A stretch of 63,260 nucleotides of DNA, counting the filler. It is 12 parts of 12 records of this genome, joined end to end, with 100 filler letters (N's around TTAATTAATTAA, not from the genome) between each part and the next. Parts side by side here need not be neighbours in the genome. Positions count along the whole stretch, not along the records: positions 1 to 6,179 come from SRR15195285_1103; positions 6,280 to 11,084 come from SRR15195285_1104; positions 11,185 to 17,143 come from SRR15195285_1110; 9 more parts are not named here. One strand, given 5' to 3'. Below are positions 1 through 11,538 of this stretch, one piece after another. The notes under the pieces are model-generated. The model saw only the letters and a program-made list of their open reading frames with translations. It was not told where the DNA came from and did not search any database. Each line of letters opens with the position of its first letter. Positions within the stretch are counted from its first letter, which is position 1. The translations under genes were made by a program, and so were the position numbers.

Positions 1-3000
1 AGCGGCAACAGCCACACGTGTGACTGCGACCCGGGGTGGGAGGGGGGCACTTGCAACCAGCCAAAGAGCTGCGGCTTGAAGGATCCGCCTGACCCGAACT
101 CAAAGTGGGACGGTGGCAGCTGCAACGAAGTTCTCGACGGAACTTGCACAGCGAGGTGCCAATCCGGCTACACAGGTGGGAATTTAGATGCGACATTCAC
201 GTGCGTGGCTGATGGCAGTAGCATGAAATACACCGGCTCGCTGACGTGCGCAGCCGTCACGTGTCCGGCTCCAGATCCCCATGACTCCACCGAGTGCGCG
301 ACGAAAATGACATACGGGTCGGACTCAGCGACGTGCACAGCGAAATGCAACGACGGATGGACGGGCGGACCCCAGTTCGCTAAGTTCGAGTGTGTGCCAG
401 ACGGCATGGAATCAAAAGGCAGACTTACCGGGGCACTCGACTGCCAGAGGGTCAAATGCGGGGATGGCAACTACCCAGGATATCCACAGGCACACGCCAC
501 CACGTCTGGCACGTCTAAATCTGGACACACCGAGTGCACGGACATGTACTTCGAGGATAGTTGCACCGTGAAATGCGAAGACTGCTACAGTGCGGGGACA
601 AAGAGTGTGACATTCACTTGCGACCACAACGGCAAGGATTCGCAGGGCAAGTTCGATCGGGCAGCGTTTATCTGCGACCGTAAGTCGTCCATTTGTGACA
701 CGCACCGTGAGCAACGTTGCTTTTCGCGTCGTGGACTGCTGACCTGCTGCTGCTGCTGCTGCTGCAGAGGTGACGTGTCCAGCAGTACCCGCTCTACCCC
801 CGAATTCAGCGGACGATCCCCACCCTCACGAGTGGAGTGGGAGAAAGGTATGCGACGATACCTTTATCACAAAATGTAATGCCGGGTGGACAGGCGGGGT
901 GAAGCAGGCGACTGTAAAGTGTGTAGTAGACCCGGCGTGCCCTGGCGATTGCGACGGCCACTACAACAACATCACGGACGGCAAAACGTACAGTGATCAT
1001 CCCTTAAAGTGCAAGCCAGTCTCATGTAAGATACCCTGGCTGCCTCCCGCTGCAAACGGCGTTCTAGGCCTCGGCTGCAAGCATCTGCCTGGTGGCTGTC
1101 CAAGCAACGTGAATATTCCAGCAGACTGTAGCAATAAGACATTTGACGAAGGCCACAACAAGTGTAAAGTGGACTGTCACACTGGCTTCACACGAGTAAC
1201 TCGTAACACCGAGCATGCGGACGAGTCTACGCTCACCTACACGTGCGTTCAGGACGGTCCCGCGAAAGGTGACTCCGCGAAGGCCAAAGGAATTTGGCAG
1301 CCAGGTGCTGTCAAATCAGGTCCACATAGTCTGGAGTGCGAGGCGGTCAGTTGCGAAGCGGCACGTACCTTACCAGCAAGCACGCCAGGAGAACTGCCGC
1401 GTGAGGAGCACACTTTCGACCCTTTGATCGATGAGATCCAGCTCTACTCCGCCGAAGATAGGCAACATCTCGATCTTCGCCAACTTGGTGCTGAACCTGA
1501 CAAACCCTCGAAATGCACAGCTCACTACCTCGGATTTGGAGACACGCCAGGTGGAGACACGCCCGCAGCAAACGGTACCTGCTCGACGGAATGTCTACCT
1601 AGCTGGTATCCATATAATCGGGGTAGCCGACAACGGACGTTCACATGTGATCCACCGCCCTCCAGCGGACCGACTGGCGTCTGGACCCTCCCTGGAACAC
1701 GCAGTGCCTTGAACTGTACTCCGGGATCTCTGTCAGTAAGCAATACAAAGTTCGACCTGGCAGGTGGTGCAGCCTCGCTAGCTGTTTTGGGCGACCACGC
1801 AAAGCAATGGCCGTTCTTGCTTGGCGATGATAGTAACCCGTATCCAGGCGGGGCCCGATGTCAAGGGTGGGCATTTGCGAAAAGCACTGGTGGGTGTTTC
1901 GATGGCTTCGAGTTCGCTAAGCAAGGTGACGGATCCCTTGGGCCGACGGTGAACTTCTACTTGCACGCGATGGACCAGCACAACCTACATCGGAACTACC
2001 AGACCCTGCCACACATCGAGCGCAAAGGGGGTGTCACTGCTGATTATTTACTCGCTGTGATTGAGCGAGTCCCTCTGGAGCGATTGAACGGTACAAACAA
2101 CTTTCTGCAGCCGAAAAAGATCGACGATGGTAGCTGCTGTGTCACTGAAGGTGAAACTCGCAACTGTGGTCAAGGCTCTGACTGCCCGCTGCGGTCATAC
2201 GTCGCAACCAACCCCTCGAAGAGCCACCCGGACAGCGAGGGGGCGCCTGATCTTGTCACAAATCCTGGGAGACGGGGCGGCGGCACCAGCAAGTACGTGC
2301 CAATTCCTCTGCCAGGGGCACAACCAGGCGCGGTCAGGCAAAAACCATTCGTCTCAGAAGGTGCTGACGGACTGTGGCAGATCAAGCACCAATTTACTGA
2401 GCATGGAATTTTCTACATTTCGATTTATCTCTGCGAGAATCAGGAGATCGGAATTCCCCCCGGTTGTGACTACAGCAAAGATCTGACAGACAGCCTGAAT
2501 TTGGTCCCAGGCACTGGATTCAGTAGAAAGGACGGTACAAAGATCGGCGATAAAGAGTTGCCACTCACTGCATTTACTGTGTGTCCGCAAAACACCGAAC
2601 CGAAGGAAGCCTATGCTGAGAACGGAATGATCCCTGGCGCTCATTTGGACGAGTGCAGGGCGAGGGTAGGGTATTACTCGCCGAAGGGTCCTGGATACAT
2701 CTCGGAGAAGTGTCAGGAAGGCTTCTCGTGCACCCATGCAGGCCAGCGGTGGCCGGTTGCGCAACCCAACTACTGGGTAGACCCTAAGGAGCCATCGAAG
2801 ATGAGCAAATGTGGGCTCCTTGGGGCTTGCCCAGGCTCTTCGATTTTCGTCGACGCAGCAAAATCGTGCCCCTCAGTTAACAGCAGCGCTGACGGGAAAA
2901 AAATGGAATTCAATTCCAGCAAGCTCGATTTTGACCTGAAGACCACCGTCCTAAGCTATGGCTGCTTCATGTATCCTGCACCGACAGGAATCGCTGAAAG

Positions 3001-6000
3001 CAGTCGGAAGCTGCACAAGCCGTTCTTGGAGCCACACTGCTACGAGGAGGCTGGCTCACGTTGCTGCCTCGGCTACACGGGCAAGAAATGTGCCGACTGT
3101 TGCAAGAAGAGCACCCACGGCAGTCGTTTTCCAAGCTGCGACGGGGAACAGTGGCACTCCATCGGATCTGGAGAAGGACAGCACTGCGAACAGTGCCCGA
3201 AAGGGAAGACCTCGAAGCTGCTGGTGTTTCTGATGCTTCTGCTGTGCCTGATTTTCTTGCCTGTCTTCGTCAAGCTTAGTGACGTGATGAGGCATGCCGG
3301 AGCAGCGACAGGCCCCATTCTCTCAGTGGTCAACTTCGTTCAGTCGGCTGATTTGTTTCAAGCACTTGACCTTCACTGGCCAAAGTTCTTCAAGAAATTA
3401 TGCCGAGAGATCGCAAACCTGTTCAACTCGCTAAACTTATGGACAAAGATTATGGATTTGCTGAACAGTTTGGTACCAATCGACTGGGGTATAATACCTA
3501 CTCCACAGTGCGAGCTTCAGCTTACGTTTGTGCAGAAGTGGTGCCTCATTATGCTCACCCCGATCATGCTTATCTTTCTGTACTATGGAGTCACCCTCAT
3601 TTACATCCTCATCTGGCGCTCTCTTGGTCTTGAATTATTGTGGGCAAAGGTCAAGTTGTATTTGGGAAGGATATGGCAGTGGTCGTGTGAGCAATGTGGA
3701 CGTGAACCAGCCTTTGGCTCAGAGATGCAAGAACTACTCATTGACCAGACAGGCCACGGAATGGGCCTGAAATCTCGCGAGCCGGAGCCAGAGCCGGAGC
3801 GAATGGGCTCGGTGATTCTGAGCAAAAAAGACCAAGAGACAGCAGCAGCAGCAGCTCCCAAAGATGGGCATGGGTGGCAGTTTCGAGCGTGGAAAGATGG
3901 CCGTGGCTATTGGCATGACTTCAGTGAGGCAGACCAAGCCAACTTGGACGAAGCTATGAATGATGGAGTGCACAAGACGTCGCTGCAACGTGGAGAGTTT
4001 GAGTATGAAATCGACCTGAAGAAGCTGGTGCAAAAGAACAAAAGTACGGGACGAACGCGCAACATTCGTGCACCTGCGCGAAGCTTCTTCTACAGATATC
4101 GATTCGCGCGATCATTTATGGAGCATTCGTGGGAGTCAACATTAAGCGGGTGTATCAGGCTGGTCTTGCTCTACTTGCTGGTGGGGTACACGTTCTTATC
4201 AGGAACTGCACTCGAGCCGATTGCGTGTCAGCAGGACCTCGATCTAAGCAACTGGGTTGAGGCAGCTCCGTCAATCGAGTGCAATTGGTGCCCGGCGAAA
4301 TTTGATCCACACTCAGGGTCTGACACCAACTCTAGCAATGCTCCGAAGATCGACGAGATGGACCCAGCTATTCTGGACGAGAAAATTCAACTCACGTACC
4401 CAGAGTTGGCGTCGTTGTCAATAGCTGCGTTCACACTCTATGGCTTTGGGACGCCCGTCTTGTTTGGCGTCATTTTATGGAGCCACCGAGAGGATTTGCA
4501 GTCGAACACGTTCGTCAAGCGCTTTGGGTTTCTCGTAACGAAGATGAAAACCGAGTACTTCTGGTGGGAGATCCTCATCTCGTTCAGAAAGCTGTTCCTT
4601 GTCGTTGCGACGAAGTTTGCGGATGGTCAGCGGTTGCCGTGCTCCCTGGTCAATCTGTTCATCACTGTTGCCGCCTTTGGGTTTCAGGTTTACACGCTGC
4701 CCTTCGCAAACGACGACGCGAATATCGCAGAAGCTCTTACTCTCCTGGCGACTGTCCTCATCCTTGTGCTTGGACTGGCTCAGAAGGCAAAGTCGGCTGA
4801 AGAGCTGATCGGAGGAATCAGCGAGGATGAGGATGCTCTCGTTGGGACCTTCTTGGGCAACTTGAACCTCGTGATATACATCCTGATGGGCGGCATGGTG
4901 GGTGCGTCAGTCCTGATTGTCTGCCGTCGGCTGCGTGGAGCCTTGTTCAATGCACAACACCTATCACAGCTGGACAACGCCGAAAACGACGGACGGCAGA
5001 TCCCGGATGAAGTGCGCAAGATGCTGCACAAGCGGTGGTTACTAGTTGCTAGCTCATGGGCAGCCATCCAGGCCAAGGAAGCTCAAGAAGATTCACAACT
5101 CGAGGAGAATGACGTCGTGCGACTGACGAGTGGGTTGATGGCTCATGTGAAAGAAGTGAATCCAGATGGCTGCAGGGACAAGTATGTGGTTGAACTTCAA
5201 ACGCAGGTAACGAACGAAGATGTGGAGGATGAGCACTTCGCATTCGACAATCAGATGAATCAGATTCAGGACACTATACGTAAGACACGCAAGACAGAGA
5301 TCAAAGAGCGACGTACGGTGGTGCGTGAAAATCTCGTCAAGGAAGGAGATATCGAACGGATGACAAGGGTGTTCACGAAGTTTGGCAAGCAGCAAAAGTC
5401 GGAGCTCGTGACGCAGTGGAAAGGGCTGTTCCCTCATTGGGACGATTTCTTCCCGGAGAAAGACAGGCGTTCCATGTACATTCTCGGGGCCAATGCGGAC
5501 ATCGATGACCTGGAAGACCTTGTATGGGTGATGGAGCAGTTGATCAACATGGAAGCCCAGCAGCACAGTTTCTGCCCTAAGTGCTGCCAGAAGGGATGCC
5601 AGAGGGTGCACGGGGCAGTATCAGAGGTCCAAGTCATCTTGCCCAGAGGCTTTGTGGAAGGTCTACGGGAGGCGTTTGACGGTGGCCAGGACCGTGCTGA
5701 ACCTGGTCAGACGATTGAGGGCGGACAGAGCGACGAGCCAGAGCTACAGAGTCTCACTGCCAATCCGGCTCGCTTCCGAAAGTCGGTAGCACAGCGCGAA
5801 TCGGACCTTCGAACCACACTGGTGCAACTGCAGGCTCAGCAGAAAAGGCACCGACCGTCTGTCTCCTGCTGTGCTTGTCAGAACGTTGCGCAAGCACTCT
5901 GGGGCTCGCAGCAACGCGCTGTTGCCACTGTCGTCGTGTCCCTTTTGTCGGTGTTCGTGACCGTGCTCTGCGTTACGCACATGCTCGTGTCGAAGTATGC

Positions 6001-6179
6001 CGGGACTGGTGACGCCTCGAAGACCCTGTGTCAACCTGATGCGGGACATTTACTGGGTCTCATCTCTGTAGAAAGGGGCTACTACGCCTGGCACTTGATT
6101 ATCTACTGGGTATTCACTCTCGTCGTCCTACCACTGGGGCTGCTGTATCGCCGCGTGCGAAAGGTACAGGCCGAGGCAC
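1..6179 (+). CDS. Large multipass membrane receptor-like protein (partial at both ends): EGF-like and Sushi/CCP-like Cys-rich ectodomain, multi-TM region, internal WWE domain
   Basis: Frame 1 is open from base 1 (CDCDPGWEGGTC, EGF-like). Repeated C..C..C..GW/YTGG...FTC modules follow. Intron 680-767 (GTAAGT...CTGAC...(CTG)n CAG) joins the 76..879 and 770..6235 ORFs in frame (FICDQVTCP). Several hydrophobic helices, with motifs such as RFGFLVTKMKTEYFWWEILISFRKL typical of protist multipass surface proteins. Confidence 0.85.
3866..4072 (+). other. WWE domain within the membrane protein
   Basis: HGWQFRAWKDGRGYWHDFSEADQANLDEAMNDG...FEYEIDLKKLVQKNKSTGRTRNIR fits the WWE pattern W..W..[YF].......[IL]E.A ... 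Y.ID...M.Q.N..TG..R.[IV]R. Confidence 0.85.
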
Positions 6180-6279
6180 NNNNNNNNNNNNNNNNNNNNN
6201 NNNNNNNNNNNNNNNNNNNNNNNTTAATTAATTAANNNNNNNNNNNNNNNNNNNNNNNNNNNNNNNNNNNNNNNNNNNN
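6180..6279. other. Artificial contig spacer (first of 11)
   Basis: N44 + TTAATTAATTAA (stops in all six frames) + N44. The same spacer occurs at 11085-11184, 17144-17243, 22225-22324, 26423-26522, 31746-31845, 37694-37793, 41788-41887, 50169-50268, 54659-54758 and 58847-58946. Confidence 0.99.
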
Positions 6280-7162
6280 GGTGGTCAGAGGGGTGCACTG
6301 CAGTTCTCAATGAGTTTTCCCTACTCCTGACGTACGTATCCAACCCACCCTCTGACTGAGACCGTTGCCTGGCTCCAGGGCGTTGATTCTCAAGCGTCGG
6401 GGTATTTTGTTTTTAACATCTGTGCAGTCTGCATCGTGTATTCAGTACTACAGCCGGAGTACAGTAGGTGAATTGTCTACCAGTCTGAAATTCTCATTCA
6501 GCGCGTCCCAACGGAGGCAGGGTGTAGGAATTCCCGGATTAGGAATCCCATCAATACTGAATACAGCAGTACGAACTATTCAATATGTATAGCGCAGGGG
6601 TCTCGATCTTCGTCTCGAGAGGCAAAAATGGACAGCATCCCTCTTATTCATAATGAGGAGGTGAATCGGTCATATTTCACCTCATATTTCACCCAGTTTT
6701 ATCCGACCCGCCTGATTCGTTTCTCACTGCAATGATTGCAATCCACGCTGAATCTAATACTGTAAATTAGAATGTAGAAATTATGCCGTGTTAATGCACT
6801 ATTATGTCGTGAATCGCCGCGACTGGCAGCGTCGTTCGAGAATGACGAGGCGATTTCATGGGCGATTTCGGTGTTCCTGGGTGATCCAGACCGCCGGGGG
6901 GGGGGAGGAGTGCAATTTCACAGCTCGTGCTGTTTGTAAGCACGCATCCAGGAACAACGCGAATTTCCTCAGAAATGCGCGAAAACAAGCCGCGACTCGG
7001 AGACTCCAGGCAATCAGAGGGTGAGACGGGTATTTCCCAGTGCATTTTCCGTACCGCGAGCACATCGACAAATCGGAAGTGTTTGTGCTCGTTCCCATAC
7101 AATTGACTGGGGCAAAAAAGCGGACTTTCTCACCCCCGCACAGCCACTCAGAAATAACGGCA

Positions 7163-9752
7163 ATGGCGGTGGGGCGGTTCATGGCGGTGTTTGGACTGGT
7201 GGGTGGCGCGGCGGCGCAGTGCACGCTGCCGGAAGCGTTGCCGGAGGCGACGCAGTTCGCGGCGGGCAACCCGGAGGAGTGCGTGCTGGGTGAGCGAGCC
7301 ACGCACGGTCTCTTAGCTGCCCGCCCGCCTGCCCGCCTGCCTGCCTCTCCGTGGGTCTGTCTCTATCTTCGTCTTCGTCTTCGTCTCTGTCTCTGTCTCT
7401 GTCTCTGTGTCTGTGTCTCTGTCCCTTTCTCTCTGTGTGTGTGTGTGTGTGCATCCGTGTGTACGCGTGAGTGTCCGTCCGTCTGTCAGTCTGTTTGTGT
7501 CGGTGTGTCTCTGCCTGCCTGGCTCTGTTTGTATGGCATGGAAAGCGCTGATGGGAGGATCGGCGCGTTGTTGTGGCGGTGGCGGTGGCGGCGGTATTGG
7601 CAGGTGGCGAGCTGGATGGCGCCGGGCAGGGCCCGTGCGTGGTCGAATGCGTGGCCGGGCAGTCGCAAGGGCCGGACGGCGAGTACTCGTACGTCTGCAC
7701 GGGTGCCGACCTGACTGAACCCGCCCCACAGTGCGAAGGTGAGGCGCAGATTCCGTATACGCACAGCCTGGGCGGTCTTTCCATACAGATGATGCAGAAA
7801 GTGCGTGTGGGCGTTTGCCTGATCGATTGTCTTGCGCCGCTCGCTGCAGCTTGCGCGGCGGACACGTACGGCGCGACCCCGGGCCTCGAGACCTGCACGG
7901 CGTGCCCAGAGAACTCCGGTACTGGTGGCGAAACCGGGCAGACCGAAGTGGGCGCCTGCCTGTGCGCCGCCGGCTGGACTGGCGAGCTCACCGAACCCGA
8001 GTCCACTTGTGAAGGCTGTGCGGCGGACACATACAAGCCTGCCGCGGGCCCCGAAGCCTGCACGGCGTGCCCAGAGAACTCCGGCACTGGTGGCGAAACC
8101 GAGCAGACCGAAGTGAGCGCCTGCCTGTGCGCTGCGGGTTACGAGGGCGAGATCACCACGGCCGAGTCCGAATGCACCGCGTGCTTGGCTGGCACGTGGC
8201 TCGGCGAGATCGGCCCGGGACCCTGCACGCCTTGCACAGAGAACGCCGTCACAGAAGAAGCGGCCTCCACCGCAATCACGGACTGCCTCTGCGCGGCCGG
8301 CCACACCGGCGGTAGGCCTCCTACTCCCACGGGAATCCACATTCGCACGCAGGACCTGCCCCGCGCAGAACCCCTCGATTCAGTAGTGCGGCTGCGCTCT
8401 GCTGACTTTCATTCGCGCGTGCAGACATTGCGGCACCGGAGGACGAATGCACCGCGTGCACGGTAGGCTCTTACAAGGGCGGGAACGGACCGTAAGCCGC
8501 TGCTTCCTCTGCAACGGAGAATCAAAACGCGCCTGTCAGCGCCAGTGCAGTGGCACCAGCTGGTGGCTGACCAACAGTTGTGGTCGCGATTTTCTCTGTG
8601 CAGGGCTACTTGCGAAGATTGCCCTGGCTTCCCCGAACTCTCTACAACAGAGGAGCCCGCCAGCACTGAGGTTTCCGACTGTCTCTGCACCCCGGTGAGC
8701 GGCACCTCGGCTTTGCCGCTCTCTATGGGTTGGGCCCTGCGTTGCCAGTGTGCGAAGCCACTAGAGCTTTCGGCCGCTTACTGACTGGCGCCGGTGCTGT
8801 TTCTTCTACCGCCGCTGCTGTTGCTGCCGATGGTGTTCTGTCGCGTTTTCTACATGTTAACGTGACAGGGCCACACGGGCACGATCGCTGCGCCAGAAGA
8901 TGTATGCGACGCGTGCGCGGAGAACACCTGTGAGAAACTATGTCATCCAGCAAGCCACTCTTCCTCGCTGATGTGGCCCTCTCTGGCGCTGCTCTGGCGC
9001 TGCCCTCTCGTGGACGCACCGATTTGACCATTGTCTGCGTTCCATTTACCCCTTGCAGGGAAGTCGAACAATGGCCCGGAGGTTTGTACCGACTGCCCAG
9101 CAAATTCGGACACGAACGGCCAAACTGGCTCCGCAGAGCCGTCAGCTTGCGAATGCCAAGAGGGCTTCGTCGGTAAGTTTCTCGAGCCCAGAGTTGCTGC
9201 TGCCAGAATTTCCTGTGCAGGTGGCCACTGGAGCTTGTGGCACATCGTACGAGCACCTGGCTTCTATCTGACATGAACTGTTTGAAACTGCAGGTGTGAT
9301 CTCTGGTCCCAATGACACATGTCGTCAACCGGGACGTCTTGGAGCGGGCGCCATCGTCGGAATTTCTGCTGCAGCTGTGGTAGGCGTGGTAAGTACTAGT
9401 TGATCTGTCCTGGCCACAGGCTGCTTGCAGCTGGCCGTAAATCTCGCGTGCGCGCCTGCCTTCACTTCGACAGCTGGATGCACGCTGGCATGAACGCGGC
9501 CGACTCTGTTTGCTTCATGCGTTTGTGTTGCATCCGCAGGCTGCTGCGTTTGGAGGCATCATGTACGGAAAAGGCGCGTACGAGCGTGGGCGTCGCTACT
9601 CAGTGCAGCAGGTGCGCATTGTACACAAAAGCTCTTTCGAGATTCAACCGTGCATTTTGCTTCAGGGCTGCGTATGGGCATGCACGCTGACTTTGCTGTT
9701 GGCGCGACAGGACCGCAATGACCCACTCATGCCCGGCGGCTCGAATGCCTAG
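7163..9752 (+). CDS. Type I membrane protein with GCC2/GCC3 (ephrin-receptor-like) Cys-rich repeats, about 10 exons
   Basis: ATG 7163 begins a signal peptide (MAVGRFMAVFGLVGGAAAQC). Repeats read C.ADTY....G...CTACP.NS.T...G......C.C.AG[WY]. GT-AG introns at 7290-7603, 7739-7849, 8312-8424 and downstream splice in frame to a TM segment (GAGAIVGISAAAVVGVAAAFGGIMY) and a short tail ending PGGSNA* at 9752. Confidence 0.85.
7290..7603 (+). repeat. Intron filled with (CT)n/(GT)n/(CTCTGT)n microsatellites
   Basis: GTGAGC donor at 7290 and CAG acceptor at 7603. The interior is tctgtc/tgtg tandem repeats. Confidence 0.8.
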
Positions 9753-9859
9753 GGATTCTAAGGTGTGGCCAAGACAGTCACATACATGCATGTTCAGTGA
9801 TTTTCTGTGGAGCCAGATTTCGAGTCAAACTCCTCACTCAAGTCGAAGACAAGTTTCAT

Positions 9860-11023
9860 TTACCCCCGCCCGATCCAGTGGGGCGGCACACGTCGTCGGC
9901 CCTCTCCTACTGCCTCATTGCGAAGCTCCTCGTCCGATGAAGACGAGGAGCTGTGCCTGACAGCATGCTGATGGCCTTTGCTGCCAAACATCGCGCCCTG
10001 TCGCACATCTCGCAGCGACGGAGACATACTTGCCCTCCCAGCGCTGGACATCGTTTGTTCCATGCCTGCTGGGCTGCTAAAATGGTACGACGAGTCTCTC
10101 TGCGTTTGGTGTGGTCGCGATAGAAGCTGCATATCAAGCACTCGCTCCAATAGCTCCTGTTGCTTGGCCATCGTCCTGTTCACTGCAGTGCGAAGGGCAC
10201 GCACCGTAAGTGAACTACTGCGCCATATTGCGGAAATGCGCGCCACGCAAACAAGACAAGACCCGTTCATCGGGACCAACCTGCATCGATGCGTTCGTCC
10301 ATCGTCAGAATGGAGGTGGCTAGCTCGCGCAGGTATGTGATGTTCCATGAAAGCAGCCTTGCCTCCTCTGACATGGAGTCCTGACTCAATTCTGCTTGTC
10401 TGCTGGAGACGACTCCACCATTCTCATCGACGGCATCAGACGCGACAAGAGCAGGTATCGACTGCGATGGGCGCGTGTTCGTGCCGTCAGCTGCTGTTTT
10501 GCTACAGGGTGCTGGTTGATCGTCAACAGGCAGAGAATTTCGGAGTAGACTGCCGCCGATACACTGGTAGCAGCACCATCCAAGTGCTGCCGCCCCATAG
10601 ACCGCCGCACCGCCATGCAAAACTCCTAGCAGCGCAACAAAGGAAAGCTCTCCGTTGCGGCTCGCCGCACGCTCGCCGACGTATGACTGCACCGCACCAG
10701 CACGCTGCAGCATCGCGGGGATTGCACCACACACGGCCACGCTTTGACGTGACTAAATAACCCTCTAGCCACCCTCTTGCCACCCAAGTGCCCAGGCTAC
10801 TGCACAGGGGAGACTTTCGGTCACCACCTTCGCCAGTCAACTCTATCGGCTCAAGACCAGGCGACCACGGCAACGCCTCGACGACAGACCCTCCGTCCGT
10901 CTCGCTAGCCACACTGCCAATGGCACGCCGTTCGTTCGCTGCCGGCGCATGCGCAGCACCACGCAGGCGCGCGCCGGTGCGCGCGCGCGACGCGCGCATG
11001 CCCGGACATCGGACACGGGACAT
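9860..11023 (-). CDS. Hypothetical multi-exon protein with a hydrophobic segment and a coiled-coil-like C-terminal part
   Basis: Successive minus-strand ORFs (10523..11065, 10267..10740, 9860..10348) have protein-like composition, including LSFVALLGVLHGGAAVYGAAALGWCCY. No family recognised, and the start is uncertain. Confidence 0.4.
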
Positions 11024-11538
11024 CGCGACGTCGCGATGCCACCCCCTCCAACAACGGCCGCACACCTTGATTAAACGGCCTATGNNNNNNNNNNNNNNNN
11101 NNNNNNNNNNNNNNNNNNNNNNNNNNNNTTAATTAATTAANNNNNNNNNNNNNNNNNNNNNNNNNNNNNNNNNNNNNNNNNNNNTGGTGTTATTTTCACT
11201 CCGCGGAGTGTTGAGTTCTTCGATGACCCTCGCCTGTGATTGAGCGGGGTCCGAGGGGTGTGTGCACATCGAAACACAGCGGAGACAGAACAATGACCGG
11301 AACAAGGCTAATTTTAATACCAATGGCGCTAAAACAGAAGCGAACTTGAGGCGGTCATCGCAGCCCACTGTATTTATCAGTGCTTTTTATAGACCCCCGA
11401 TTGACCCAAGCGAGCCCATACTAGTGGCTCTCCCATACTATTGACTGGGGTGGGGGGTGGTCGCCGTGTTTTCGCCGACTCCCATACCGTTGAGTGGCGG
11501 TCGGCTTCATCCCCGGGGTGGGTTGTTAGCTAGTTAGG

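Noticed and set aside
6224-6235. Repeated TTAATTAATTAA palindrome as a biological repeat or recombination site, and ORFs ending in ...XXXLIN
   Set aside because: Always centred in identical 100-nt N blocks. It is an artificial stop-in-all-frames linker.
7040-8340. Long overlapping ORFs rich in CVCV / RDRD / THTH
   Set aside because: They are translations of intronic microsatellites or antisense shadows of the GCC2/GCC3 gene.
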